A stretch of 64,000 bases of DNA, taken from the NCBI RefSeq assembly GCF_009914755.1, contig NC_060947.1; one strand, given 5' to 3'. Source of the stretch: the human T2T-CHM13v2.0 reference genome, Homo sapiens. Positions 47,675 through 62,600 of the stretch are shown here, one piece after another. Numbering within the stretch: position 1 is the first letter of the stretch; the number at the start of each line of letters is the position of its first letter. Both the position numbers and the translations under genes were made by a program. The notes below the pieces were generated by a model that saw only the letters and a list, made by a program, of their open reading frames with translations, made no database searches and was not told the DNA's origin.

Positions 47675-50600
47675 ATAGCCACTTGCACATTGTAGAAAAA
47701 GTGTGTCAAAGCTGCGCTATCAAAGGGAAAGTTCAACTCTGTGAGGTGAATGCAAACATCCCAAAGAAGTTTCTGAGAATGCTTCCGTTTAGCTTTTAGG
47801 TGAAGATTATCCCGTTTCCAACGAAACCTTCAAAGAGGTCCAAATATCCCCTTGCGGATCCCACAGAAAGAGTGTTTCGAAACTGCTGTTTCAAAAGGAA
47901 TCTTCAACTCTGTGAGTTGAATGCAATCATCACAAAGAAGTTTCTGACAATGCTTCTCTCTCGTCTTTCTGTGAAGATAAAGGAAAAGGCTTTCAGGCCT
48001 TTTCCACCACAGGCCTGAAAGCGCTCCAAATGTCCACTTGCAGATTCTGCCAAAAGAATATTTCAAAACTGCTCTATGAAAAGCAATGTTAAACTCTGTG
48101 GCTGGAACACAAACATCACAAAGCGGTTTCTGAGAATGTTTCAGTTTAGTTTTTCTGTGGAAATATTCCCGTTTCCAAAGAAATCTTCAAAGAGGTCCAC
48201 GTATCCACTTACAGATTCTACAAAAAGACAGTTTCAAAACTGCTCCATCAAAAGGAGGGTTCAACTGTGTGACTTGAATGCAATCATCACTCAGAAGTTT
48301 CTGAGAATGCTTCTCTTTAGTTTTTACGTGAACATATACCCGTTTCGAACGAAGGCCACCCAGTGGTCCAAATATCCACTTGCAGATTCTACAGAAAGAG
48401 TGTTTCGAACCTGAACTCTCAAAGGCAGGTTCATCTCTGCGAGTTAAATGCATTCATCATGAAGAACTTTCTCAGAGTGTTTGTGTTTAGTTATGGGAAA
48501 TTATTCCCGTTTCCAACGAAATCCTCAGAGAGCTCCAAATATCCACCTGCAGATTCTACCAAAAGTGTATTTGGAAACTGCTCCATCAAAAGGCATGTTC
48601 AGCTCTGTGAGTGAAACTCCATCATCACAAAGAATATTCTGAGAATGCTTCCGTTTGCCTTTTATATGAAGTTCCTTCCTGTACTACCGTAGGCCTCAAA
48701 GCAGTCCAAATCTCCATTTGCAGATTCTACAAAAAGAGTGATTCCAATCTGCTCTATCAATAGGATTGTTCAACTCCATTAGTTGAATGCCATCCTCACA
48801 AAGTAGTTTCTGAGAATGCTTCTATCTGGTTTTTGTGTGAAGATATTTCCTTTTCCACCACAGGCCTCAAAGCCCTCCAAACGTCCACTTGCAGATTCTC
48901 GAAAAAGAGTGTTTCATAGCTGCTCTTTCAAAAGGAAAGTTCAACTCTGGGAGTTGAATACAAACATCACAAAGTAGTTTCCGAGAATGCTTCAGTTTAG
49001 TTTTTATGTGAAGATGATCCCGTTTCCAGTGAAATCTTCAAAGAGGTCCACATATCCCCTTGAAGATTCCAAAGAAAGAGGGTTTCAAAACTGCTCCATC
49101 AGAAGGATTGTTCAACTCTGTGAGTTGAATGCAGTCATCGCAGAAAACTTTCTGAGAATGCTTCTGTCTAGGTTTGATGTGAAGATATAGATGTTTCAAA
49201 CGAAGGCTACAAAGTGGTCAAAATATACACTTGCAGATTCTACTACAAGGGTGTTGCAAACCTGAACTATCAAAGGAAGGTTCAACTCTGTGAGTTGAAT
49301 ACAAACATCACAAAGAATGTTCTGAGTTTGCTTCCGTTCAGTTATGGGAAGTTGATCCCGTTTCCAACGAAATCCTCAGAGAGGTCCAAATATCCCCTTG
49401 CAGATTCTACAAAAAGTGTGTTTGGAAACTGCTCCATCATAACGAATGTTCAGCTCCCTGAGTTAAACTCCATCGTCACAAAGAATTTTCTGAGAGTGCT
49501 ACCGTCTGGTTTTTATATGAAGTTCTTTCCTTCACTACCACAGGCCTCAAAGCGGTCCAAATCTCCACTTGCAGATTCTACAAAAAGAGTGTTTGCAAAC
49601 TGCTCTATCAAAAGGAATGTTCAACTCTGGGAGTTGAATGCAATCATCACAGAGCAGTTTCTGAGAATGCTTCTATGTCGTTTTTAGGAGAAGATATTTC
49701 CTTTTCCAACACAATCCTCCAAGCCCGCTAAATAGCCACTTGCACATTGTAGAAAAAGTGTGTCAAAGCTGCGCTATCAAAGGGAAAGTTCAACTCTGTG
49801 AGGTGAATGCAAACATCCCAAAGAAGTTTCTGAGAATGCTTCCGTTTAGCTTTTAGGTGAAGATTATCCCGTTTCCAACGAAACCTTCAAAGAGGTCCAA
49901 ATATCCCCTTGCGGATCCCACAGAAAGAGTGTTCCGAAACTGCTGTTTCAAAAGGAATCTTCAACTCTGTGAGTTGAATGCAATCATCACAAAGAAGTTT
50001 CTGACAATGCTTCTCTCTCGTCTTTCTGTGAAGATAAAGGAAAAGGCTTTCAGGCCTTTGCCACCACAGGCCTGAAAGCGCTCCAAATGTCCACTTGCAG
50101 ATTCTGCGAAAAGAATATTTCAAAACTGCTCTATGAAAAGCAATGTTAAACTCTGTGGCTCGAACACAAACATCACAAAGCGGTTTCTGAGAATGCTTCA
50201 GTTTAGTTTTTCTGTGGAAATATTCCCGTTTCCAAAGAAATCTTCAAAGAGGTCCACGTATCCACTTACAGATTCTACAAAAAGACAGTTTCAAAACTGC
50301 TCCATCAATAGGAGGGTTCAACTGTGTGACTTGAATGCAATCATCACTCAGAAGTTTCTGAGAATGCTTCTCTTTAGTTTTTACGTGAACATATACCCGT
50401 TTCGAACGAAGGCCACCCAGTGGTCCAAATATCCACTTGCAGATTCTACAGAAAGAGTGTTTCGAACCTGAACTCTCAAAGGCAGGTTCATCTCTGCGAG
50501 TTAAATGCATTCATCATGAAGAACTTTCTCAGAGTGTTTGTGTTTAGTTATGGGAAATTATTCCCGTTTCCAAAGAAATCCTCAGAGAGCTCCAAATATC

Positions 50601-53600
50601 CACCTGCAGATTCTACCAAAAGTGTATTTGGAAACTGCTCCATCAAAAGGCATGTTCAGCTCTGTGAGTGAAACTCCATCATCACAAAGAATATTCTGAG
50701 AATGCTTCCGTTTGCCTTTTATCTGAAGTTCCTTCATACACGACCGTAGGCCTCAAAGCAGTCCAAATCTCCATTTGCAGATTCTACAAAAAGAGTGATT
50801 CCAATCTGCTCTATCAATAGGATTGTTCAACTCCATGAGTTGAATGCCATCCTCACAAAGTCGTTTCTGAGAATGCTTCTATCTAGTTTTTATGTGAAGA
50901 TATTTCCTTTTCCACCACAGGCCTCAAAGCCCTCCAAACGTCCACTTGCAGATTCTCGAAAAGGAGTGTTTCATAGCTGCTCTTTCAAAAGGAAAGTTCA
51001 ACTCTGGGAGTTGAATACAAACATCACAAAGTAGTTTCCGAGAATGCTTCTGTTTAGTTTTTATGTGAAGATGATCCCGTTTCCAGTGAAATCTTCAAAG
51101 AGGTCCACATATCCCCTTGCAGATTCCAAAGAAAGAGGGTTTCAAAACTGCTCCATCAGAAGGATTGTTCAACTCTGTGAGTTGAATGCAGTCATCGTAG
51201 AAAACTTTCTGAGAATGCTTCTGTCTAGGTTTGATGTGAAGATATAGACGTTTCAAACGAAGGCTACAAAGTGGTCAAAATATACACTTGCAGATTCTAC
51301 TACAAGGGTGTTGCAAACCTGAACTATCAAAGGAAGGTTCAACTCTGTGAGTTGAATACAAACATCACAAAGAATGTTCTGAGTTTGCTTCCGTTCAGTT
51401 ATGGGAAGTTGATCCCGTTTCCAACGAAATCCTCAGAGAGGTCCAAATATCCCCTCGCAGATTCTACAAAACGTGTGTTTGGAAACTGCTCCATCATAAC
51501 GAATGTTCAGCTCCCTGAGTTAAACTCCATCGTCACAAAGAATTTTCTGAGAGTGCTACCGTCTGGTTTTTATATGAAGTTCTTTCCTTCACTACCACAG
51601 GCCTCAAAGCGGTCCAAATCTCCACTTGCAGATTCTACAAAAAGAGTGTTTGCAAACTGCTCTATCAAAAGGAATGTTCAACTCTGGGAGTTGAATGCAA
51701 TCATCACAGAGCAGTTTCTGAGAATGCTTCTATGTCGTTTTTAGGAGAAGATATTTCCTTTTCCAACACAGTCCTCCAAGCCCGCTAAATAGCCACTTGC
51801 ACATTGTAGAAAAAGTGTGTCAAAGCTGCGCTATCAAAGGGAAAGTTCAACTCTGTGAGGTGAATGCAAACATCCCAAAGAAGTTTCTGAGAATGCTTCC
51901 GTTTAGCTTTTAGGTGAGGATTATCCCGTTTCCAACGAAACCTTCAAAGAGGTCCAAATATCCCCTTGCGGATCCCACAGAAAGAGTGTTTCGAAACTGC
52001 TGTTTCAAAAGGAATCTTCAACTCTGTGAGTTGAATGCAATCATCACAAAGAAGTTTCTGACAATGCTTCTCTCTCGTCTTTCTGTGAAGATAAAGGAAA
52101 AGGCTTTCAGGCCTTTGCCACCACAGGCCTGAAAGCGCTCCAAATGTCCACTTGCAGATTCTGCCAAAAGAATATTTCAAAACTGCTCTATGAAAAGCAA
52201 TGTTAAACTCTGTGGCTCGAACACAAACATCACAAAGCGGTCTCTGAGAATGCTTCAGTTTAGTTTTTCTGTGGAAATATTCCCGTTTCCAAAGAAATCT
52301 TCAAAGAGGTCCACGTATCCACTTACAGATTCTACAAAAAGACAGTTTCAAAACTGCTCAATCAAAAGGAGGGTTCAACTGTGTGACTTGAATGCAATCA
52401 TCACTCAGAAGTTTCTGAGAATGCTTCTCTTTAGTTTTTACGTGAACATATACCCGTTTCGAACGAAGGCCACCCAGTGGTCCAAATGTCCACTTGCAGA
52501 TTCTACAGAAAGAGTGTTTCGAACCTGAACTCTCAAAGGCAGGTTCATCTCTGCGAGTTAAATGCATTCATCATGAAGAACTTTCTCAGCGTGTTTGTGT
52601 TTAGTTATGGGAAATTATTCCCGTTCCCAACGAAATCCTCAGAGAGGTCCAAATGTCCACCTGCAGATTCTACCAAAAGTGTATTTGGAAACTGCTCCAT
52701 CAACAGGCATGTTCAGCTCTGTGAGTGAAACTCCATCATCACAAAGAATATTCTGAGAATGCTTCCGTTTGCCTTTTATATGAAGTTCCTTCCTATACGA
52801 CCGTAGGCCTCAAAGCAGTGCAAATCTCCATTTGCAGATTCTACAAAAAGAGTGATTCCAATCTGCTCTATCAATAGGATTGTTCAACTCCATGAGTTGA
52901 ATGCCATCCTCACAAAGTCGTTTCTGAGAATGCTTCTATCTAGTTTTTATGTGAAGATATTTCCTTTTCCACCACAGGCCTCAAAGCCCTCCAAACGTCC
53001 ACTTGCAGATTCTCGAAAAAGAGTGTTTCATAGCTGCTCTTTCAAAAGGAAAGTTCAACTCTGGGAGTTGAATACAAACATCACAAAGTAGTTTCCGAGA
53101 ATGCTTCTGTTTAGTTTTTATGTGAAGATGATCCCGTTTCCAGTGAAATCTTCAAAGAGGTCCACATATCCCCTTGCAGATTCCAAAGAAAGAGGGTTTC
53201 AAAACTGCTCCATCAATAGGATTGTTCAACTATGTGAGTTGAATGCAGTCATCGCAGAAAACTTTCTGAGAATGCTTCTGTCTAGGTTTGATGTGAAGAT
53301 ATAGACGTTTCAAACGAAGGCTACAAAGTGGTCAAAATATACACTTGCAGATACTACTACAAGGGTGTTGCAAACCTGAACTATCAAAGGAAGGTTCAAC
53401 TCTGTGAGTTGAATACAAACATCACAAAGAATGTTCTGAGTTTGCTTCCGTTCAGTTATGGGAAGTTGATCCCGTTTCCAACGAAATCCTCAGACAGGTC
53501 CAAATATCCCCTTGCAGATTCTACAAAACGTGTTTTTGGAAACTGCTCCATCATAACGAATGTTCAGCTCCCTGAGTTAAACTCCATCGTCACAAAGAAT

Positions 53601-56600
53601 TTTCTGAGAGTGCTACCGTCTGGTTTTTATATGAAGCTCTTTCCTTTACTACCCCAGGCCTCAAAGCGGTCAAAATCTCCACTTGCAGATTCTACAAAAA
53701 GAGTGTTTGCAAACTGCTCTATCAAAAGGAATGTTCAACTCTGGGAGTTGAATGCAATCATCACAGAGCAGTTTCTGAGAATGCTTCTATGTCGTTTTTA
53801 GGAGAAGATATTTCCTTTTCCAACACAGTCCTCCAAGTCCGCTAAATAGCCACTTGCACATTGTAGAAAAAGTGTGTCAAAGCTGCGCTATCAAAGGGAA
53901 AGTTCAACTCTGAGAGGTGAATGCAAACATCCCAAAGAAGTTTCTGAGAGTGCTTCCGTTTAGCTTTTAGGTGAAGATTATCCCGTTTCCAACGAAACCT
54001 TCAAAGAAGTCCAAATATCCCCTTGCGGATCACACAGAAAGAGTGTTTCGAAACTGCTGTTTCAAAAGGAATCTTCAACTCTGTGAGTTGAATGCAATCA
54101 TCACAAAGAAGTTTCTGACAATGCTTCTCTCTCGTCTTTCTGTGAAGATAAATAAATGCTTTCAGGCCTTTGCCACCACAGGCCTGAAAGCGCTCCAAAT
54201 GTCCACTTGCAGATTCTGCGAAAAGAATATTTCAAAACTGCTTTGTGAAAAGCAATGTAAAACTCTGTGGCTCGAACACAAACATCACAAAGCGGTTTCT
54301 GAGAATGCTTCAGTTTAGTTTTTCTGTGGAAATATTCCCGTTTCCAAAGAAATCTTCAAAGAGGTCCACGTATCCACTTACAGATTCTACAAAAAGACAG
54401 TTTCAAAACTGCTCCATCAAAAGGAGGGTTCAACTGTGTGACTTGAATGCAATCATCACTCAGAAGTTTCTGAGAATGCTTCTCTTTAGTTTTTACGTGA
54501 ACATATACCCGTTTCGAACGAAGGCCAGCCAGTGGTCCAAATATCCACTTGCAGATTCTACAGAAGGAGTGTTTCGAACCTGAACTCTCAAAGGCAGGTT
54601 CATCTCTGCGAGTTAAATGCATTCATCATGAAGAACTTTCTCAGCGTGTTTGTGTTTAGTTATGGGAAATTATTCCCGTTTCCAACGAAATCCTCAGAGA
54701 GCTCCAAATATCCACCTGCAGATTCTACCAAAAGTGTATTTGGAAACTGCTCCATCAAAAGGCATGTTCAGCTCTGTGAGTGAAACTCCATCATCATAAA
54801 GAATATTCTTAGAATGCTTCCGTTTGCCTTTTATATGAAGTTCCTTCCTATACGACCGTAGGCCTCAAAGCAGTCCAAATCTCCATTTGCAGATTCTACA
54901 AAAAGAGTGATTCCAATCTGCTCTATCAATAGGATTGTTCAACTCCATGAGTTGAATGCCATCCTCACAAAGTCGTTTCTGAGAATGCTTCTATCTAGTT
55001 TTTATGTGAAGATATTTCCTTTTCCACCACAGGCCTCAAAGCCCTCCAAGCGTCCACTTGCAGATTCTCGAAAAAGAGTGTTTCATAGCTGCTCTTTCAA
55101 AAGGAAAGTTCAACTCTGGCAGTTGAATACAAACATCACAAAGTAGTTTCCGAGAATGCTTCTGTTTAGTTTTTATGTGAAGATGATCCCGTTTCCAGTG
55201 AAATCTTCAAAGAGGTCCACATATCCCCTTGCAGATTCCAAAGAAAGAGGGTTTCAAAACTGCTCCATCAGAAGGATTGTTCAACTCTGTGAGTTGAATG
55301 CAGTCATCGCAGAAAACTTTCTGAGAATGCTTCTGTCTAGGTTTGATGTGAAGATATAGACGTTTCAAACGAAGGCTACAAAGTGGTCAAAATATACACT
55401 TGCAGATTCTACTACAAGGGTGTTGCAAACCTGAACTATCAAAGGAAGGTTCAACTCTGTGAGTTGAATACAAACATCACAAAGAATGTTCTGAGTTTGC
55501 TTCCGTTCAGTTATGGGAAGTTGATCCCGTTTCCAACGAAATCCTCAGAGAGGTCCAAATATCCCCTTGCAGATTCTACAAAACGTGTGTTTGGAAACTG
55601 CTCCATCATAACGAATGTTCAGCTCCCTGAGTTAAACTCCATCGTCACAAAGAATTTTCTGAGAGTGCTACCGTCTGGTTTTTATATGAAGTTCTTTCCT
55701 TCACTACCACAGGCCTCAAAGCGGTCCAAATCTCCACTTGCAGATTCTACAAAAAGAGTGTTTGCAAACTGCTCTATCAAAAGGAATGTTCAACTCTGGG
55801 AGTTGAATGCAATCATCACAGAGCAGTTTCTGAGAATGCTTCTATGTCGTTTTTAGGAGAAGATATTTCCTTTTCCAACACAGTCCTCCAAGCCCGCTAA
55901 ATAGCCACTTGCACATTGTAGAAAAAGTGTGTCAAAGCTGCGCTATCAAAGGGAAAGTTCAACTCTGTGAGGTGAATGCAAACATCCCAAAGAAGTTTCT
56001 GAGAATGCTTCCGTTTAGCTTTTAGGTGAAGATTATCCCGTTTCCAACGAAACCTTCAAAGAGGTCCAAATATCCCCTTGCGGATCCCACAGAAAGAGTG
56101 TTTCGAAACTGCTGTTTCAAAAGGAATCTTCAACTCTGTGAGTTGAATGCAATCATCACAAAGAAGTTTCTGACAATGCTTCTCTCTCGTCTTTCTGTGA
56201 AGATAAAGGAAAAGGCTTTCAGGCCTTTGCCACCACAGGCCTGAAAGCGCTCCAAATGTCCACTTGCAGATTCTGCGAAAAGAATATTTCAAAACTGCTC
56301 TATGAAAAGCAATGTTAAACTCTGCGGCTCGAACACAAACATCACAAAGCGGTTTCTGAGAATGCTTCAGTTTAGTTTTTCTGTGGAAGTATTCCCGTTT
56401 CCAAAGAAATCTTCAAAGAGGTCCACGTATCCACTTACAGATTCTACAAAAAGACAGTTTCAAAACTGCTCCATCAAAAGGAGGGTTCAACTGTGTGACT
56501 TGAATGCAATCATCACTCAGAAGTTTCTGAGAATGCTTCTCTTTAGTTTTTACGTGAACATATACGCGTTTCGAACGAAGGCCACCCAGTGGTCCAAATA

Positions 56601-59600
56601 TCCACTTGCAGATTATACAGAAAGAGTGTTTCGAACCTGAACTCTCAAAGGCAGGTTCATCTCTGCGAGTTAAATGCATTCATCATGAAGAACTTTCTCA
56701 GAGTGTTTGTGTTTAGTTATGGGAAATTATTCCCGTTTCCAACGAAATCCTCAGAGAGCTCCAAATATCCACCTGCAGATTCTACCAAAAGTGTATTTGG
56801 AAACTGCTCCATCAAAAGGCATGTTCAGCTCTGTGAGTGAAACTCCATCATCACAAAGAATATTCTGAGAATGCTTCCGTTTGCCTTTTATATGAAGTTC
56901 CTTCCTATACTACCGTAGGCCTCAAAGCAGTCCAAATCTCCATTTGCAGATTCTATAAAAAGAGTGATTCCAATCTGCTCTATCAATAGGATTGTTCAAC
57001 TCCATGAGTTGAATGCCATCCTCACAAAGTAGTTTCTGAGAATGCTTCTATCTGGTTTTTGTGTGAAGATATTTCCTTTTCCACCACAGGCCTCAAAGCC
57101 CTCCAAACGTCCACTTGCAGATTCTCGAAAAAGAGTGTTTCATAGCTGCTCTTTCAAAAGGAAAGTTCAACTCTGGGAGTTGAATACAAACATCACAAAG
57201 TAGTTTCCGAGAATGCTTCTGTTTAGTTTTTATGTGAAGATGATCCCGTTTCCAGTGAAATCTTCAAAGAGGTCCACATATCCCCTTGCAGATTCCAAAG
57301 AAAGAGGGTTTCAAAACTGCTCCATCAGAAGGATTGTTCAACTCTGTGAGTTGAATGCAGTCATCGCAGAAAACTTTCTGAGAATGCTTCTGTCTAGGTT
57401 TGATGTGAAGATATAGACGTTTCAAACGAAGGCTACAAAGTGGTCAAAATATACACTTGCAGATTCTACTACAAGGGTGTTGCAAACCTGAACTATCAAA
57501 GGAAGGTTCAACTCTGTGAGTTGAATACAAACATCACAAAGAATGTTCTGAGTTTGCTTCCGTTCAGTTATGGGAAGTTGATCCCGTTTCCAACGAAATC
57601 CTCAGAGAGGTCCAAATATCCCCTTGCAGATTCTACAAAACGTGTGTTTGGAAACTGCTCCATCATAACGAATGTTCAGCTCCCTGAGTTAAACTCCATC
57701 GTCACAAAGAATTTTCTGAGAGTGCTACCGTCTGGTTTTTATATGAAGTTCTTTCCTTCACTACCACAGGCCTCAAAGCGGTCCAAATCTCCACTTGCAG
57801 ATTCTACAAAAAGAGTGTTTGCAAACTGCTCTATCAAAAGGAATGTTCAACTCTGGGAGTTGAATGCAATCATCACAGAGCAGTTTCTGAGAATGCTTCT
57901 ATGTCGTTTTTAGGAGAAGATATTTCCTTTTCCAACACAGTCCTCCAAGCCCGCTAAATAGCCACTTGCACATTGTAGAAAAAGTGTGTCAAAGCTGCGC
58001 TATCAAAGGGAAAGTTCAACTCTGTGAGGTGAATGCAAACATCCCAAAGAAGTTTCTGAGAATGCTTCCGTTTAGCTTTTAGGTGAAGATTATCCCGTTT
58101 CCAACGAAACCTTCAAAGAGGTCCAAATATCCCCTTGCGGATCCCACAGAAAGAGTGTTTCGAAACTGCTGTTTCAAAAGGAATCTTCAACTCTGTGAGT
58201 TGAATGCAATCATCACAAAGAAGTTTCTGACAATGCTTCTCTCTCGTCTTTCTGTGAAGATAAAGGAAAAGGCTTTCAGGCCTTTGCCACCACAGGCCTG
58301 AAAGCGCTCCAAGTGTCCACTTGCAGATTCTGCGAAAAGAATATTTCAAAACTGCTCTATGAAAAGCAATGTTAAACTCTGTGGCTCGAACACAAACATC
58401 ACAAAGAGGTTTCTGAGAATGCTTCAGTTTAGTTTTTCTGTGGAAATATTCCCGTTTCCAAAGAAATCTTCAAAGAGGTCCACGTATCCACTTACAGATT
58501 CTACAAAAAGACAGTTTCAAAACTGCTCCATCAAAAGGAGGGTTCAACTGTGTGACTTGAATGCAATCATCACTCAGAAGTTTCTGAGAATGCTTCTCTT
58601 TAGTTTTTACGTGAACATATACCCGTTTCGAACGAAGGCCACCCAGTGGTCCAAATATCCACTTGCAGATTCTACAGAAAGAGTGTTTCGAACCTGAACT
58701 CTCAAAGGCAGGTTCATCTCTGCGAGTTAAATGCATTCATCATGAAGAACTTTCTCAGAGTGTTTGTGTTTAGTTATGGGAAATTATTCCCGTTTCCAAC
58801 GAAATCCTCAGAGAGCTCCAAATATCCACCTGCTGATTCTACCAAAAGTGTATTTGGAAACTGCTCCATCAAAAGGCATGTTCAGCTCTGTGAGTGAAAC
58901 TCCATCATCACAAAGAATATTCTGAGAATGCTTCCGTTTGCCTTTTATATGAAGTTCCTTCCTGTACTACCGTAGGCCTCAAAGCAGTCCAAATCTCCAT
59001 TTGCAGATTCTATGAAAAGAGTGATTCCAATCTGCTCTATCAATAGGATTGTTCAACTCCATGAGTTGAATGCCATCCTCACAAAGTAGTTTCTGAGAAT
59101 GCTTCTATCTGGTTTTTGTGTGAAGATATTTCCTTTTCCACCACAGGCCTCAAAGCCCTCCAAACGTCCACTTGCAGATTCTCGAAAAAGAGTGTTTCAT
59201 AGCTGCTCTTTCAAAAGGAAAGTTCAACTCTGGCAGTTGAATACAAACATCACAAAGTAGTTTCCGAGAATGCTTCTGTTTAGTTTTTATGTGAAGATGA
59301 TCCCGTTTCCAGTGAAATCTTCAAAGAGGTCCACATATCCCCTTGCAGATTCCAAAGAAAGAGGGTTTCAAAACTGCTCCATCAGAAGGATTGTTCAACT
59401 CTGTGAGTTGAATGCAGTCATCGCAGAAAACTTTCTGAGAATGCTTCTGGCTAGGTTTGATGTGAAGATATAGACGTTTCAAACGAAGGCTACAAAGTGG
59501 TCAAAATATACACTTGCAGATTCTACTACAAGGGTGTTGCAAACCTGAACTATCAAAGGAAGGTTCAACTCTGTGAGTTGAATACAAACATCACAAAGAA

Positions 59601-62600
59601 TGTTCTGAGTTTGCTTCCGTTCAGTTATGGGAAGTTGATCCCGTTTCCAACGAAATCCTCAGAGAGGTCCAAATATCCCCTCGCAGATTCTACAAAACGT
59701 GTGTTTGGAAACTGCTCCATCATAACGAATGTTCAGCTCCCTGAGTTAAACTCCATCGTCACAAAGAATTTTCTGAGAGTGCTACCGTCTGGTTTTTATA
59801 TGAAGTTCTTTCGTTCACTACCACAGGCCTCAAAGCGGTCCAAATCTCCACTTGCAGATTCTACAAAAAGAGTGTTTGCAAACTGCTCTATCAAAAGGAA
59901 TGTTCAACTCTGGGAGTTGAATGCAATCATCACAGAGCAGTTTCTGAGAATGCTTCTATGTCGTTTTTAGAAGATATTTCCTTTTCCAACACAGTCCTCC
60001 AAGCCCGCTAAATAGCCACTTGCACATTGTAGAAAAAGTGTGTCAAAGCTGCGCTATCAAAGGGAAAGTTCAACTCTGTGAGGTGAATGCAAACATCCCA
60101 AAGAAGTTTCTGAGAATGCTTCCGTTTAGCTTTTAGGTGAAGATTATCCCGTTTCCAACGAAACCTTCAAAGAGGTCCAAATATCCCCTTGCGGATCCCA
60201 CAGAAAGAGTGTTTCGAAACTGCTGTTTCAAAAGGAATCTTCAACTCTGTGAGTTGAATGCAATCATCACAAAGAAGTTTCTGACAATGCTTCTCTCTCG
60301 TCTTTCTGTGAAGATAAAGGAAAAGGCTTTCAGGCCTTTGCCACCACAGGCCTGAAAGCGCTCCAAATGTCCACTTGCAGATTCTGCGAAAAGAATATTT
60401 CAAAACTGCTCTATGAAAAGCAATGTTAAACTCTGTGGCTCGAACACAAACATCACAAAGCGGTTTCTGAGAATGCTTCAGTTTAGTTTTTCTGTGGAAA
60501 TATTCCCGTTTCCAAAGAAATCTTCAAAGAGGTCCACGTATCCACTTACAGATTCTACAAAAAGACAGTTTCAAAACTGCTCCATCAAAAGGAGGGTTCA
60601 ACCGTGTGACTTGAATGCAATCATCACTCAGAAGTTTCTGAGAATGCTTCTCTTTAGTTTTTACGTGAACATATACCCGTTTCGAACGAAGGCCACCCAG
60701 TGGTCCAAATATCCACTTGCAGATTATACAGAAAGAGTGTTTCGAACCTGAACTCTCAAAGGCAGGTTCATCTCTGCGAGTTAAATGCATTCATCATGAA
60801 GAACTTTCTCAGAGTGTTTGTGTTTAGTTATGGGAAATTATTCCCGTTTCCAACGAAATCCTCAGAGAGCTCCAAATATCCACCTGCAGATTCTACCAAA
60901 AGTGTATTTGGAAACTGCTCCATCAAAAGGCATGTTCAGCTCTGTGAGTGAAACTCCATCATCACAAAGAATATTCTGAGAATGCTTCCGTTTGCCTTTT
61001 ATATGAAGTTCCTTCCTGTACTACCGTAGGCCTCAAAGCAGTCCAAATCTCCATTTGCAGATTCTATAAAAAGAGTGATTCCAATCTGCTCTATCAATAG
61101 GATTGTTCAACTCCATGAGTTGAATGCCATCCTCACAAAGTAGTTTCTGAGAATGCTTCTATCTGGTTTTTGTGTGAAGATATTTCCTTTTCCACCACAG
61201 GCCTCAAAGCCCTCCAAACGTCCACTTGCAGATTCTCGAAAAAGAGTGTTTCATAGCTGCTCTTTCAAAAGGAAAGTTCAACTCTGGGAGTTGAATACAA
61301 ACATCACAAAGTAGTTTCCGAGAATGCTTCTGTTTAGTTTTTATGTGAAGATGATCCCGTTTCCAGTGAAATCTTCAAAGAGGTCCACATATTCCCTTGC
61401 AGATTCCAAAGAAAGAGGGTTTCAAAACTGCTCCATCAGAAGGATTGTTCAACTCTGTGAGTTGAATGCAGTCATCGCAGAAAACTTTCTGAGAATGCTT
61501 CTGTCTAGGTTTGATGTGAAGATATAGACGTTTCAAACGAAGGCTACAAAGTGGTCAAAATATACACTTGCAGATTCTACTACAAGGGTGTTGCAAACCT
61601 GAACTATCAAAGGAAGGTTCAACTCTGTGAGTTGAATTCAAACATCACAAAGAATGTTCTGAGTTTGCTTCCGTTCAGTTATGGGAAGTTGATCCCGTTT
61701 CCAACGAAATCCTCAGAGAGGTCCAAATATCCCCTCGCAGATTCTACAAAACGTGTGTTTGGAAACTGCTCCATCATAACGAATGTTCAGCTCCCTGAGT
61801 TAAACTACATCGTCACAAAGAATTTTCTGAGAGTGCTACCGTCTGGTTTTTATATGAAGTTCTTTCCTTCACTACCACAGGCCTCAAAGCGGTCTAAATC
61901 TCCACTTGCAGATTCTACAAAAAGAGTGTTTGCAAACTGCTCTATCAAAAGGAATGTTCAACTCTGGGAGTTGAATGCAATCATCACAGAGCAGTTTCTG
62001 AGAATGCTTCTATGTCGTTTTTAGGAGAAGATATTTCCTTTTCCAACACAGTCCTCCAAGCCCGCTAAATAGCCACTTGCACATTGTAGAAAAAGTGTGT
62101 CAAAGCTGCGCTATCAAAGGGAAAGTTCAACTCTGTGAGGTGAATGCAAACATCCCAAAGAAGTTTCTGAGAATGCTTCCGTTTAGCTTTTAGGTGAAGA
62201 TTATCCCGTTTCCAACGAAACCTTCAAAGAGGTCCAAATATCCCCTTGCGGATCCCACAGAAAGAGTGTTTCGAAACTGCTGTTTCAAAAGGAATCTTCA
62301 ACTCTGTGAGTTGAATGCAATCATCACAAAGAAGTTTCTGACAATGCTTCTCTCTCGTCTTTCTGTGAAGATAAAGGAAAAGGCTTTCAGGCCTTTTCCA
62401 CCACAGGCCTGAAAGCGCTCCAAATGTCCACTTGCAGATTCTGCGAAAAGAATATTTCAAAACTGCTCTATGAAAAGCAATGTTAAACTCTGTGGCTCGA
62501 ACACAAACATCACAAAGCGGTTTCTGAGAATGCTTCAGTTTAGTTTTTCTGTGGAAATATTCCCGTTTCCAAAGAAATCTTCAAAGAGGTCCACGTATCC

